NCBI GenBank assembly: GCA_044222475.1
Contig: JBGANF010000002.1
Location: forward strand, 108,419-172,418
Length of the DNA: 64,000 nt
Source of the DNA: Polyangiaceae bacterium
GTDB lineage: Bacteria > Myxococcota_A > Polyangia > Polyangiales > Polyangiaceae
Direction of reading: 5' to 3'
Position 1 is the stretch's first letter. Each line of letters starts with the position of its first letter. Shown one piece after another: positions 9,587 to 21,656 of the stretch. Under the pieces are notes generated by a model. That model ran no database searches. It worked only from the letters and a program-made list of their open reading frames with translations, and was not told where the DNA came from. The position numbers and the translations under genes were made by a program.

Positions 9587-10981
9587 TCAGATCGGACAGG
9601 TCGCGCGGTTCAGCACTGCGAGGAGCCTCGCGCGCACGAGCTCGAACTCGCGCAGGGCGAGCGAGATCTCCGCTTGGCGGAGCGCGGCTGCGGCGGTGAC
9701 GAGCTCGAGGCTCGTTCCGGTGCCCAGCTGAAACGCCGCCCGGGTGAGTCGATCGGTCTCGAGCGCCAGATCGCGCGAGCGCATCGCGACGGCTCGGGCT
9801 TGCTCCGCGACCACCACCGCGCGGTCGGCTTGGGTGATCTGGATGATCGCGGTGCGTCGCGTCGCCTCGAGCCGCTGGAGCGCTTGGTCCTCTTGAGCGT
9901 GCCCGTCGCGGAGCGCGCCGTAGCGTGCGCCGCCGTCCCAGATCGCCCACGAGAGGACGCCCTGGAGGTTCCACTGGGTCGATGGCGTCGCGCCGAGATC
10001 CTGAGTCGTCGTGAAGAGCGTGCTCTGCGCCGACAGAGTGGGGAAGAACTGCATCCTCGCGTCGTTCACCGTCTGGTGCGCGAGGCGAACGCGCTCTTTG
10101 GCGAGCGCGACGTCGCTGCGGTCTTCGGCGCCCGGCGCGATCTTGCACTGTTTCACGAGGTCGTCCGCGACGCCGTCGAGGTTGAGCCGCGGATCGACGC
10201 CGACCGGCTCGGGCAGGCCCAGCGCCAGGCCGAGCGCTTCGCGCGCCTGACGCAGCGACTCGTCGCCGGTGACGAGCGTCGCGCGGGCGGCTTCGACGTC
10301 CTGCTTCGCGCGCACGAGATCGAGGCCGGTGCCGGCCTCGAGCGCGCGCCTCCGTTGTGCGAGGTCGAGCCGCTCGAGCGCGCTGCGCAGCCCGCTGCGG
10401 TTGAGCTCCGCGACGCGCTCGGCGGTGACGACGGCGACGACCGCGGCCGCGACGTTCTGCAGGAGGAGCCGCTTCGTCTCCTCGAGGTTGGCGCCGGCCA
10501 CGTCCTGAGCGACCCCGGCGGTGCGCACGTTGTTCCACGCGCGCGGCGCGATGATCGGGAGGCCGAGGACGACGCTCGCCGTGGCGAACCTCGGGATCGG
10601 GGTCGTGATCGTTCGGAAGATGGGCTGCAGGTTGGAGTCGACGCCGGCGACCTGCGCGGTCGTGTTCGTGAGGAAGTTCATCGTCCCGTTGACGTTGCCG
10701 GTGATCGTCCCGAGGAGGCCCGCGAGCGCGGTGCGACTCTGGGCGTCGGCGCGCGCGATCTCGGCTTGCGCGATGTGGAGGTCGGTCGAGCGCGCTCGCA
10801 CGTAGCTCGCGATGTCGTTCCAGGTCGCGAGCGTGCGCACCGGCGGCGGGATCGGCGCGAGCATCGGGTCGTCGACCGTCGGCGTACTGGGCGGCGTGCT
10901 CGGCGGCTCCGGCGGGGTGTCGGCGAGGGCGGCGCTTGAGACGAGGACGAGAGCGAGCGTGGCGAGGATCGTGCGGCGCAT
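9587..10981 (-). CDS. TolC-family outer membrane efflux protein
   Basis: Signal peptide; OEP repeats (EDRSDV, FFPTLS, AIWDGG, FQLGTGTSLEL). Confidence 0.85.
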   Translation of the reverse strand: MRRTILATLALVLVSSAALADTPPEPPSTPPSTPTVDDPMLAPIPPPVRTLATWNDIASYVRARSTDLHIAQAEIARADAQSRTALAGLLGTITGNVNGTMNFLTNTTAQVAGVDSNLQPIFRTITTPIPRFATASVVLGLPIIAPRAWNNVRTAGVAQDVAGANLEETKRLLLQNVAAAVVAVVTAERVAELNRSGLRSALERLDLAQRRRALEAGTGLDLVRAKQDVEAARATLVTGDESLRQAREALGLALGLPEPVGVDPRLNLDGVADDLVKQCKIAPGAEDRSDVALAKERVRLAHQTVNDARMQFFPTLSAQSTLFTTTQDLGATPSTQWNLQGVLSWAIWDGGARYGALRDGHAQEDQALQRLEATRRTAIIQITQADRAVVVAEQARAVAMRSRDLALETDRLTRAAFQLGTGTSLELVTAAAALRQAEISLALREFELVRARLLAVLNRATCPI

Positions 10982-11045
10982 GCCGCTTACGTACTCTCCT
11001 GCTGCCGTGGACGGTAGTGAAGTTTCGCGAAGCGTGCCGTGCCCG

Positions 11046-11879
11046 TCAGCGCGGCTTGGGCAGGGTCGCCGGCGGCATCATGCGCAGGCGGCGGCGCATG
11101 CGCTCCGTGCGAACGCGGTAGCAGGCCGCGACCTCGGACGCGCCGAGCGGCAGCCGCGCGGAGCGCGCGACGGCATACGCGACCGCGGCGGCGAGGCAGC
11201 GAGCGTCCTCCTCGTCTTCGGGGGGCGCCTGCTCGACGACCTCGCGTGCGAGGCGCTTTGCCGCGGTCCGTTGGGTGGCATCGAGCGGGAGGCTCGCCAG
11301 CCCGCGCTCGAGCACGCGGAGGACGGCGCCGTACACGCGCGGCTTCTTGTTCGCCCCTTCGCTTCGCAGCGCGCGCGCGTCGTCGTGGCGGCCGGCGCGG
11401 CGGAGCGCGTGGGCCAGCGCTGCGAGGAACGCTCGGGTCCGGTGCCGCTCGGCGGCCTTCGCAAGCCACGGGATGGCGCGCTCCGGATCGTCGAGCGCGG
11501 CGTCGAGCAAGACGCCGAGGTTGTGCGCGTACCAGGGGTTCTGCGGCGACAGCTCGACAGCGCGTTCGAACGCGCTCACCGCGAAGCGAGGGTGCCCGAG
11601 ATCGGCTTGGGCGAGCCCGAGCGCGGCCCACCCGCGGTCGTCGTCGGGGCGGGCGCGCAGGAGCGCGCGGGCGTGGAGCGATGCGCGCCAGGGATCGCGA
11701 TCGAGCAAGATCTCCGCGAGGTGACGGTGCGCGAAGATCGCGTCGTCGCTCCCTTCGGAGGAGCACGAAGCGAGCCGGCGAAGGAGAAGGAGCAAGCGCG
11801 CGCTCTCGCGGTCGTGGCGGAGAACCTCCTCCGCTCGGTTCCGCAGCTCCGCCGATGGCGTCGTACGCGCGCGGGTCAT
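11046..11879 (-). CDS. TPR protein with C-terminal helical (TFIIB/cyclin-like) domain
   Basis: TPRs (GWAALGLAQADLG, FERAVELSPQNPWYAHNLG); tail LAAAVAYAVAR...LGASEVAACYRV. Confidence 0.7.
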   Translation of the reverse strand: MTRARTTPSAELRNRAEEVLRHDRESARLLLLLRRLASCSSEGSDDAIFAHRHLAEILLDRDPWRASLHARALLRARPDDDRGWAALGLAQADLGHPRFAVSAFERAVELSPQNPWYAHNLGVLLDAALDDPERAIPWLAKAAERHRTRAFLAALAHALRRAGRHDDARALRSEGANKKPRVYGAVLRVLERGLASLPLDATQRTAAKRLAREVVEQAPPEDEEDARCLAAAVAYAVARSARLPLGASEVAACYRVRTERMRRRLRMMPPATLPKPR

Positions 11880-11997
11880 CTCATTCGGTTTAGCTGCGCC
11901 CTACAGGCTTCGCAAGGATCGATCGGCGTGAAGTGCGTGCGATGCGTTTGTGGGTTGCACGATCGCGCCTTTTGAGATCCGCAGATCCGCAGTCGAC

Positions 11998-12810
11998 TCA
12001 GCGCACGCCGATCACGCGCTGCTGCACGAGCTCGTACAGGATGCGCAACGCGTCGAGCGTCGGCATTCCGCTGACGTCGAGGATCTGCTCGAGGCTGGAG
12101 ATCCCGTCGACGTGCGAGAGAACGAACCCCGACCGGTGATCGATGCTGAGCCACCGCAGCTGCTCGCGCGGAACCGCGACGAACGGGACGCGATCGAGCG
12201 AGCCGAGTCGCGCGACGTACATCTGCTGGAGGACGCCACGGCAGTTCTCGGCGAGACGGTTCGCTTCGCCGTGCGAGGGATCTTCCTCCAGGATCGACTC
12301 CGCGACGACGAGCGCGCCGGAGTAGTCGCCGAGCGAGAATCGCTCGCGCATCTCGCGCAGGGGGGAGTCGTCCGCTTCGGCCGCGGCCGGCGCTGCGACC
12401 GCGGGCATGGCCCGCTCGGACGCCTGCGCGACGAGGCCGAGCGCTCCGCCGTCGACGTCTGCGCCCTCCGCGCCGTCGGCGAATTGCAGCAGGCTCGCGC
12501 GCGAGAGGCTGGCTTGAGAGAGCGACGCGGGGGGGCTCTCCGCGCTCGGCGAGAGAGAGCGCTTCCGCGCGGCCTCCGTCTCCGACTCGTCGAGGAGGGT
12601 CGTCGCCTTGCTGCGGGGCGAAGGCGCCATGTAGCTCGACGCCGAGTCGAGCTTCATCGGTGCGCGCGCCGTCGACGGCGGTGCCGGTGCCGGCGAAGGC
12701 TTCGCTTCGGCGGGCATCGGAGCGGGCGGGGGCGCGACCGTCGGTGACGACCCGGCGCTCGGAGGGAGCTCCGTGGGCCACGCGCTGTCGATTTCGTCGT
12801 CGTCGACCAC
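11998..12810 (-). CDS. Hypothetical protein: Pro/Ser-rich N-terminus, TPR-like helix pair, C-terminal winged-helix-like module
   Basis: IDHRSGFVLSHVDGISSLEQILDVSGMPTLDALRILYEL module; GC3-biased codon use. Confidence 0.75.
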   Translation of the reverse strand: MVDDDEIDSAWPTELPPSAGSSPTVAPPPAPMPAEAKPSPAPAPPSTARAPMKLDSASSYMAPSPRSKATTLLDESETEAARKRSLSPSAESPPASLSQASLSRASLLQFADGAEGADVDGGALGLVAQASERAMPAVAAPAAAEADDSPLREMRERFSLGDYSGALVVAESILEEDPSHGEANRLAENCRGVLQQMYVARLGSLDRVPFVAVPREQLRWLSIDHRSGFVLSHVDGISSLEQILDVSGMPTLDALRILYELVQQRVIGVR

Positions 12811-12828
12811 CTGTCCTCGGCGGAAACG

Positions 12829-14655
<1,827 letters not shown>

Positions 14656-14682
14656 GCAGCCCCTGGTTGTAGCACGAAAGCG

Positions 14683-16137
14683 CTAGTCTTTTCCCGAGCG
14701 TTTCACGAGGGCTTGGATGGCTTCGTCGTCGGGTGCGAGGCGCGATGCGGCCTCGAGCTCCCGCTTGGCGTTCAGCCCCAAACCGGCCGCCGTGTACACG
14801 AGGTACAGCGTCACGTGGTACATCGCGTTCTTCGGGTTCAACGCGATGGCGGCCTGCGCGAGGCGCGCGGCCTCGTGGAGATCCCCGTTCGATTTGGCGA
14901 GGCAATAAGCCGCGCGATCGTGGGATTCGGCGTCGTCGGGCTTCGCCTTCGCGGCGCGACGCCACGAGCGGGCGGCCTCCTCGAAGTGATGGTGCTTGTC
15001 CTCGTACTGAGCCTGCTTTCGGTACGTGAGGAAGAGGACCTCGGCCGCCGCTTTCTGGGCGTCCTCGAAGGATCGGCGGAGCTCGGCGTCGTCGGGGGCG
15101 ATCTCGAGGGCGAGGCGAAACGCGGTGGCGGCGGCGACGGGGTCGTTCTTCGCCAGCGCAGCGTTCGCGGCGTCGAGGTGCGCCTTGGTCGCCTGCGTGC
15201 GGGCGGTCTCCTTCCGTTGCTCGTAATGGCGCCTCAGCGCTTCCGTGTCGGCCGGCGGAGGGTTGGTGATCGCGCGGTGGAGGCCGCTGGCGGCGCGCGC
15301 GCCGAGGAGCCGGCGAGCCAAGGCGTCGCGTCGCGCCTGCTCGGGGAGGGAGATGCCCGTCGTCGGCGGGCGAGACTCGGTGGGCATTCGAGGCTCGGGC
15401 GGAGCGCTCACGGTCACGACCGGCGTGGGCGCGGGCGTGCTGCTCACCGGGGGAAGGTCGAGGATGAGGTCCGCATCGACGTCGCGCCCGGGGTCGACCT
15501 CGCCGATGTAGGCGTCGTACTCGGCGCGCCGCTGCTCGTCGGTGAGCACGTCGTGCGCTTCGGTGATGCGCGTGAAGATCGCCTCCATCTTCGCCTTGAA
15601 GCTGCCGAGCTTCTTGCGGAAGAACCGGTCGGGGTGAAACAGGGCGGCGAGCTCGTAGTAGGCGCGCTTGATCGCCTTCTTGTTGGCGTCGCGCGCTACC
15701 CCGAGGAGCGCGTAGTGGTGGAGCTCTCCCAGGCGCTTTTCGAGGTCGAGGATTCGGAGCCGATGGTTCGGGTCGAGGTCGACGTCCTCGCTCATCGCGG
15801 GGTGGTCCTTGAGGGTCGCGTCGTCCGACGTGAACGCGGCGCCTCCGCGCGGAACGGCGGCGGCCGCCTCCGGCGGGCGAGACGCGTTCTCCTGGGGCGC
15901 GGTGCTCGCCTGGAGCTGGCGCGCGGGACCTTCGTACTCGACGAGCCCCAACGTCGACAGCTTGCGGAGGGTGTCCTGGATTTGCTCCAAGCCGATGCCG
16001 GTCAACCCCACGAGCTCGGTGTCGGACGCCGCGCCGTCGATGCGCGAGAGGACGAAGCCGTCGGTCGGGCTGAGCGGGAACGAGGCGATGCTCTTGCCGG
16101 GCGGCAGAGGGAGGAGCTTGGGGGTTCGGTTCGCCAC
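14683..16137 (-). CDS. J-domain protein with N-terminal winged-helix-like module and C-terminal TPRs
   Basis: HYALLGV...IKRAYYELAALFHPD J-domain; TPRs; start set at GTG 16137. Confidence 0.85.
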   Translation of the reverse strand: MANRTPKLLPLPPGKSIASFPLSPTDGFVLSRIDGAASDTELVGLTGIGLEQIQDTLRKLSTLGLVEYEGPARQLQASTAPQENASRPPEAAAAVPRGGAAFTSDDATLKDHPAMSEDVDLDPNHRLRILDLEKRLGELHHYALLGVARDANKKAIKRAYYELAALFHPDRFFRKKLGSFKAKMEAIFTRITEAHDVLTDEQRRAEYDAYIGEVDPGRDVDADLILDLPPVSSTPAPTPVVTVSAPPEPRMPTESRPPTTGISLPEQARRDALARRLLGARAASGLHRAITNPPPADTEALRRHYEQRKETARTQATKAHLDAANAALAKNDPVAAATAFRLALEIAPDDAELRRSFEDAQKAAAEVLFLTYRKQAQYEDKHHHFEEAARSWRRAAKAKPDDAESHDRAAYCLAKSNGDLHEAARLAQAAIALNPKNAMYHVTLYLVYTAAGLGLNAKRELEAASRLAPDDEAIQALVKRSGKD

Positions 16138-16189
16138 GTCCGGGGATTCTCCGGGAACGAGGCGATCGTAAACGGCCGGCGCGACCCGG

Positions 16190-17107
16190 TCACGCGGAAG
16201 TTGAGGCCTCGAATCGAGGGTGCATCCAGGGCCAGAGCTCGGGTGCGCTGGCGATCCGGCGGGCGAGCTCGGCGTTGATCCGCGCCGTCTGCGCCGCGGC
16301 GTCGTCACCGTCGTGGAGCTCGATGCGCGTGCACGTGAGCGCGAGCGTCCCGTCGACTCGCTCGGTCGACGCGACGACGATCGGTGCGCCGCTGCGGAGC
16401 GCGATGCGCGCTGGTCCGACCGCGGTCGGCGCGGGGACTCCGAAGAACGGCACGTCGACGGAGGGAACGCGCGATCGGAGGTCCATCGGGGCGCCGAGCA
16501 CTCCGCCCGCTCGCAGCGTGCGCAGGATCTTGGCGGCGGCGCCGGGCGTGCCGCGGGGGATGGTCGCGACGCCGGCGCGGGCGCGGATCCGCGCGGTCCA
16601 CGCGTCGAAGCGTCGGTCGTAGCTCTCGCGCACGAGCGTCGTCAGCGGGAAGCCGGCGTCGACCAACGTGGACGCCACGCGCTCCCACGGGCCCAGGTGC
16701 GCCGACGGCAGAACGACGCCGCGCCCGAGGGCGAGCGCCTCGCGCAGCACCTCTCGGTCGCGCTCGGCGAAGGGGAGGGATGCCGGCGCACGCCAAAGTG
16801 CGCTCACGGTCTCGCCGACGATGCCGCCCATCTCGACGAAGGTGCGCGCCACGAGGGACTCGCGCTCTTCGCGCGACAGCGCGGGGAGGGCCCGCGCCAC
16901 GTTCGCGAGCGCTCGCCCGCGCTCGCCGCGGAGGACGAGGTGCAGAACGCGCCCGAGGCCGCGCCCGGCGCCGCGGAGCAGCGAGGGCGGCACGAGCCGC
17001 GTCCCGTGCAGCGCCAGCGCTGCGACGACGAAGATCGCGTCGTTCTTGATCCGCTGGCCGAGGCTCCAGCGCCCGCCCTCGCGCACGTCCGCGACGACGG
17101 CGTTCAT
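16190..17107 (-). CDS. Lipid A lauroyl/lysophospholipid acyltransferase family protein
   Basis: SAHLGPWE, VPFFG.PA.T..GPA.IA, P..W.W.H.RF motifs; ATG 17107 overlaps upstream stop. Confidence 0.85.
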   Translation of the reverse strand: MNAVVADVREGGRWSLGQRIKNDAIFVVAALALHGTRLVPPSLLRGAGRGLGRVLHLVLRGERGRALANVARALPALSREERESLVARTFVEMGGIVGETVSALWRAPASLPFAERDREVLREALALGRGVVLPSAHLGPWERVASTLVDAGFPLTTLVRESYDRRFDAWTARIRARAGVATIPRGTPGAAAKILRTLRAGGVLGAPMDLRSRVPSVDVPFFGVPAPTAVGPARIALRSGAPIVVASTERVDGTLALTCTRIELHDGDDAAAQTARINAELARRIASAPELWPWMHPRFEASTSA

Positions 17108-17685
17108 GGCGTCGGGATGGGGGCGCCGGGGATCACGCTCGGCCCGTTGGGGCAGGAACCGCAGCTCTTCTTGACCTTCTCTCGCGCGGCGTCGACGCGG
17201 GCCTTCGCGCGGCTGCACTCGTCGGGGGCGCCGAGATCGCACAGCGTCTTCGCGGCGCGCTCCATCGACGCGAGCGCCTTGCACGCGGTCGTGCACTCCT
17301 TCAGCGAAGCTTGGATCTGGTTCTCGGAGTCGCCGAGCGTGGCGAGCGCCCAGCTGCGGCGCGCATCGACGGCGCCGCCGTTCTGTGGAGCCACCGGCGG
17401 CGGGGGCGCGTTGCCGGGCGAGTACGTTTGCGGCGTGGGGGCTTGACCGTTGGTCGGGCGGGCCGTCGTCGGGTCACCGTCGTTCGGCGCCATCGGCGGC
17501 GGAGCGGCTGACGCCGTCGCGGTCGTCTTCGCCATCGCGGGAGGCGGCGCGTCGTCGGAGTCGGCGTTCGGCCTGTTCCCCGAGTAGTCGCTCGCGCTCG
17601 CTGGTGCCTTCGCGGACGAGCCGCCGCCGCACGCCGCCGTGAGCGCCAACCCGACCGCGAGCACGACGAGCGATTCGCGCTTCAT
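17104..17685 (-). CDS. Lipoprotein with Cys-rich C-terminal helical domain
   Basis: Lipobox LTAAC; C..AC.AL.SMERAA..LC....C...C..C. Confidence 0.75.
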   Translation of the reverse strand: MKRESLVVLAVGLALTAACGGGSSAKAPASASDYSGNRPNADSDDAPPPAMAKTTATASAAPPPMAPNDGDPTTARPTNGQAPTPQTYSPGNAPPPPVAPQNGGAVDARRSWALATLGDSENQIQASLKECTTACKALASMERAAKTLCDLGAPDECSRAKARVDAAREKVKKSCGSCPNGPSVIPGAPIPTP

Positions 17686-18272
17686 TTCGCGCTCGCATCT
17701 CCGCCGTCGCCGAGCGACTTCCCGATGACGTGCTCTTGGATGTCCATCGCTTCCTTGAGGAGACTGACGGCGTGGGTGCGCGCGGTATTCGCTTCCGCCG
17801 TCTGTCCGGCGGCGGTCGCCTTCGCGGCCCGCTTCTGCTCGACGATGCCGTACATCGTGAGGAGCTGACCCCGGAAGTACGTCGCTTCTTTGGCGTGGGT
17901 GAGGCCTTCTTTGACGTCGCGTTCGGCGGCGTCGAGGTCGCCCTTGGTCGTGCGCAGGTCGGCGAGGCGCGCGTACGCGTCGGCGAGCGTCTCGTCGATC
18001 TCGGGGACGGCCTCGCCCGCGTGGGGGCGGGGAGCCTTCACGATCCGCTCGATCGCGGCGATCGCGCCGTCGATGTCGCCTTGCTCTTCGAGGATGTCGG
18101 CTTCGTGGTGCCCCGCCCGCGCCAGCGAGAGGAACGCGAGCAGGCCCGTGTCGACGACGGGAGCGACCTCACCGGTGGTCGAGGTCTTGGTCTCGCAACC
18201 GTTCAGCAGCGGTGCGCCGGCGAACGCGAAGACGATGGTGGCGAGCAGGGCGCCGAGGATCGATCGATTCAT
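17682..18272 (-). CDS. Exported helical/TPR-like lipoprotein
   Basis: LLNGC lipobox-like; TPR-like helices; ATGA overlaps at both ends. Confidence 0.7.
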   Translation of the reverse strand: MNRSILGALLATIVFAFAGAPLLNGCETKTSTTGEVAPVVDTGLLAFLSLARAGHHEADILEEQGDIDGAIAAIERIVKAPRPHAGEAVPEIDETLADAYARLADLRTTKGDLDAAERDVKEGLTHAKEATYFRGQLLTMYGIVEQKRAAKATAAGQTAEANTARTHAVSLLKEAMDIQEHVIGKSLGDGGDASAK

Positions 18273-18757
18273 CGAACGCCCCACTGCGCGAAGCGGTTGT
18301 TGCGGTAGTCCGACGCTCGCGCTTCGGCGATTCGGTCGGCGCGAGCGCTTGCCTGCCCGCGCTCGAACGGTTGGTCGAAGAGCGGCTGGGTGGAGCGCGA
18401 GCGGGCGAGGGCTGCCGCGTCCTGCGCCGGCGGGCGACCGACGAGGAGGAGCACCGCCGCAGCCGCCGCGACGAGGGCCGCCGCGCCGAACGCGACGCGA
18501 ATGACGACTCCGCTGCGCTCGCTTCGTCGGCGATCGAACCGCACGAGCGCGGCGTCGACGAGCTTCTTCTGCGCGTCGGGATCGAGCTCGCGCGGCGTCT
18601 CCGCGAGGGAGAGCGCGCGGAGCAGCTCCGCGTCGTCGCTGGGCTTCGACGCGTCGTCGAGGGCGCCGCGGAGCGACTCTGCGGCCGCGAGCTCCTCCGC
18701 CGACGGAGGCGCGTCGGGATCGACGTCCGCACGCTTCGGATTTCGCGTGTCACTCAT
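18269..18757 (-). CDS. Putative membrane anti-sigma factor
   Basis: Directly follows and overlaps the ECF sigma gene; single TM (VAFGAAALVAAAAAVLLLV). Confidence 0.6.
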   Translation of the reverse strand: MSDTRNPKRADVDPDAPPSAEELAAAESLRGALDDASKPSDDAELLRALSLAETPRELDPDAQKKLVDAALVRFDRRRSERSGVVIRVAFGAAALVAAAAAVLLLVGRPPAQDAAALARSRSTQPLFDQPFERGQASARADRIAEARASDYRNNRFAQWGVR

Positions 18758-19385
18758 CGGAGGCGTCCTCGGGGAGATCGGTGGCGAGCGCTTTGCGGAG
18801 CGCGGCCACTGCTCGGTGGAGTAGCACGTCGAAGGTCGCCGGTGTGACCTCCATGGTCTTCGCGACCTCTTCGCGCGGTCGCTCTTCGAGCACGCGCAGC
18901 CGCAGCGCCTTCGCGTAGCGCGGGTGGATTCGGCCGAGCGCGGCGTCGACGCGGGCGCGGGCGGCCTCGCGATCGCGTCGCTCGAGGAGGAGCTGATCGA
19001 CCGGCGTCGCCGACGACTGCTCGTCGACCTCGCGCTCGACGTCGGCGGCCTCCCAGAGCACCGTGCGCTTGCGGGCGCGGAGCTGGTCGAGCGCGACGCG
19101 GAGGGCCATCGTGCGGAGCCAGGGGTAGATGCCGACGCCCTGCCACTCGAAGCGGTCGATGCGCTCGACGACCTTCTTGTAGACCTCACCGAGCGCGTCT
19201 TGAGCTGCCGCCTCCGACCCGAGGCGGGGCAGGAGGACGTGGCGGTAGAGCGACGGACCGTGCTTCTTGAGCACCTGGCCCATGGCGTCGCGATCGCCCC
19301 GTTGGGCGCGGTCGACGAGGGCCCGTTCGGCCTCGAGCTCGCGCGCCCGTGCTTCGTCCTCCCGGCCGGTCACGGCGCCGACCAT
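18750..19385 (-). CDS. ECF RNA polymerase sigma factor
   Basis: LVDRAQRGDRDA, AAQDALGEVY, YPWLRTMA..ALDQLR, region 4 EEVAKTM...FDVLLHRA. Confidence 0.88.
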   Translation of the reverse strand: MVGAVTGREDEARARELEAERALVDRAQRGDRDAMGQVLKKHGPSLYRHVLLPRLGSEAAAQDALGEVYKKVVERIDRFEWQGVGIYPWLRTMALRVALDQLRARKRTVLWEAADVEREVDEQSSATPVDQLLLERRDREAARARVDAALGRIHPRYAKALRLRVLEERPREEVAKTMEVTPATFDVLLHRAVAALRKALATDLPEDASDE

Positions 19386-19512
19386 AGCCGACCAAATCCG
19401 CGAGATGGGGACTGCTTGCGCGCTCACGAGGATGAAACGGGCGGGGTCTCCAGTCCTTACAGGAGGGGGCCGCCTCTTGACGCCGGCTGCGTCCTCCGCG
19501 ACAAGACTGGGC

Positions 19513-19959
19513 GTGGACGCCGCCATCTTGCTAGCCCCTGGCGCGGACGCGAACGGGTTGGCGGTGATGTTGGCCGACCTTCTGCGCCAGAACCTCGAGG
19601 CGAAGCCCCACAAACGGGCTGATTTCGACGCGATGGTCGGCAGCGTCGCGATCGTGGCGGAGGACGCCGAGGTCGCGCTCACGCTGCGATTCTCTGGCGG
19701 AAAGCTCACTATTTTCGACGGGATAGTCGGAATCCCTGATGTAGCGGTTCGGGCCTCTTCGGACGCGATCATCAACATGTCGAACGTGCCGCTCACGTCG
19801 TCCGGGCTCCCGATCCCGCGCTGGAGCGACAAGGCCGGGATCGCGGTCATGAAGGACGTCGCCCGGACGATGCGCTCGGGAGAGATGAAGGTCCACGGTG
19901 GTGCATTCCACCCCGGGTTCATGATGCGCCTGACGCGGGTGATGTCCGTCAACGGCTGA
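19513..19959 (+). CDS. SCP2/sterol-carrier-like domain protein
   Basis: LTLRFSGGKLTIFDG....DVAVRAS...MRSGEMKVHG pattern; GTG start 19513. Confidence 0.6.
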   Translation: MDAAILLAPGADANGLAVMLADLLRQNLEAKPHKRADFDAMVGSVAIVAEDAEVALTLRFSGGKLTIFDGIVGIPDVAVRASSDAIINMSNVPLTSSGLPIPRWSDKAGIAVMKDVARTMRSGEMKVHGGAFHPGFMMRLTRVMSVNG

Positions 19960-20079
19960 GCGCCGCGGCGGGCCCAAGGTGGGCCTCCAGGAAACGTTAG
20001 CCGGCGATCGCTGCGGGAGCCCCGTACCGGTCTGGGACACCGGACCAAGCGCGTCCCTTGTGCTAAGGACCCCACGCCC

Positions 20080-21093
20080 ATGAACCGGGACGAGCTCCAC
20101 GCGCTCTACGCGACGAAGCCGGCGCTCCTCGCACCGCTCGAGGACGTGTCGGACGAGGTCTTTCGTCGCCTCTGCCGCGAGCTCGGCGCGCACCTCTGCT
20201 TCACCGAGTTCGTCAACGTCGAGGGCCTCCTCCGCGGGTGCCGCAACGCGAAGCGCAAGATGAAGCTCGGCGAGGGCGACGCCCCGACGGCGATCCAAAT
20301 CTACGGCGCCGACCCCGCGCGCCTCGCCGAAGCGGCCGAGGTCGCCGCCGAGAGCGGCGCGGCGTTCATCGACATCAACTGCGGCTGCTGGGTGCCGAAG
20401 ATCGCCGGCCGCGGGGCAGGGGCGGGCTGGCTGCGCGACCCGGCGGCGATGGTCGCGATGGCGAAGATGGTCGTGTCGCACGTGTCGCTCCCGGTCACGG
20501 TGAAGACGCGCATCGGCTACGGACCCGAGTCCGACATGCCGATCGTGGATCTGGCGCGCCGCCTCGAAGACGCCGGCGTCGCCGCGATCACGATCCACTG
20601 CCGCACCGCCCAGATGGGCCACTCGGGCGCCGCGGACTGGACCTGGGCGCGCAAGGCCCGCGAGGTCGTCTCGATCCCGGTCATCGTCAACGGCGACGTC
20701 GCCTCCGGGGAGGACGCCGCGCGCGCCCTCGCCGAGACGGGGTGCGCCGGGGTCATGATCGGCCGCCGCGCCATCGAGCACCCGTGGGTGTTCAGGGAGA
20801 TTCGCACCCGCCTCGACACCGGCCACGACGCCCCCGGCCCCACGGCCCAGGAGCGCATCGATCTCTGCAAGAAGCACCTGATCGCCAACACCGCCCAGCG
20901 GGGGGAGCCCTACGGGGTTCGCGTCACCCGGCGGCACCTCTCGGGGTACCTCCGGGGCCTGCGCGGGGCGGCCCTGCTCCGCCGCACGCTCCTCGCCGAG
21001 GACTCGCTCGAGGCCTGTTTGAGGCTCTTGGACGCCACCGAGCCGGTCTACGCAGGGAGAAACGTGCTTGACGGAGGCGAGCTCTCCCTTTAG
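20080..21093 (+). CDS. dusB: tRNA-dihydrouridine synthase
   Basis: [44 protein letters not shown]. Confidence 0.88.
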   Translation: MNRDELHALYATKPALLAPLEDVSDEVFRRLCRELGAHLCFTEFVNVEGLLRGCRNAKRKMKLGEGDAPTAIQIYGADPARLAEAAEVAAESGAAFIDINCGCWVPKIAGRGAGAGWLRDPAAMVAMAKMVVSHVSLPVTVKTRIGYGPESDMPIVDLARRLEDAGVAAITIHCRTAQMGHSGAADWTWARKAREVVSIPVIVNGDVASGEDAARALAETGCAGVMIGRRAIEHPWVFREIRTRLDTGHDAPGPTAQERIDLCKKHLIANTAQRGEPYGVRVTRRHLSGYLRGLRGAALLRRTLLAEDSLEACLRLLDATEPVYAGRNVLDGGELSL

Positions 21094-21136
21094 AACCCCT
21101 CACCCGCGTTTCCTACCCAAGGACCTCGTCAAGATC

Positions 21137-21391
21137 ATGGCCGTTACCATTCGTCTCGCTCGTGCCGGCGCCAAGAAGCGCCCCTTCTATCGCCTCGTCG
21201 TCGCCGATCAGCGCGCTCCGCGCGGTGGCCGCTACCTCGAGAACATCGGCACGTTCGATCCGGCCAAAGACGGAACGTTCAACGTGAACCTCGAGCGCCT
21301 CGCTTACTGGAAGAGCAAGGGCGCGCTCCCGTCGGCCACGGTCGCGGGGCTCCTCAAGAAGCAGGCGAAGGCCGCTTCCGCCAAGGCCTGA
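21137..21391 (+). CDS. rpsP: 30S ribosomal protein S16
   Basis: [31 protein letters not shown]. Confidence 0.97.
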   Translation: MAVTIRLARAGAKKRPFYRLVVADQRAPRGGRYLENIGTFDPAKDGTFNVNLERLAYWKSKGALPSATVAGLLKKQAKAASAKA

Positions 21392-21404
21392 GGCCGCGTT
21401 TCAC

Positions 21405-21647
21405 ATGGCCCTGACCGATCTCATTCGTACGATCGCCGTCGAGCTCGTCGACGAGCCCGATCGCGTGGAAGTTCGCGAGGTCCCGAGCGACAACGGTCAA
21501 GGGACCGTGATCGAGCTCCGCGTCGCCAAAGAAGACATCGGGAAGGTCATCGGCAAAGAAGGCCGGACCGCCCAGTCGATGCGCGCCATCCTGAGCGCCG
21601 CGTCGACCAAGCTCGGCAAGCGCGCGCACCTCGACATCATCGACTGA
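21405..21647 (+). CDS. khpA: KH-domain RNA-binding protein
   Basis: LVDEPD, DIGKVIGKEGRTAQSMR; position between rpsP and rimM. Confidence 0.92.
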   Translation: MALTDLIRTIAVELVDEPDRVEVREVPSDNGQGTVIELRVAKEDIGKVIGKEGRTAQSMRAILSAASTKLGKRAHLDIID

Positions 21648-21656
21648 GGGCGCGCG

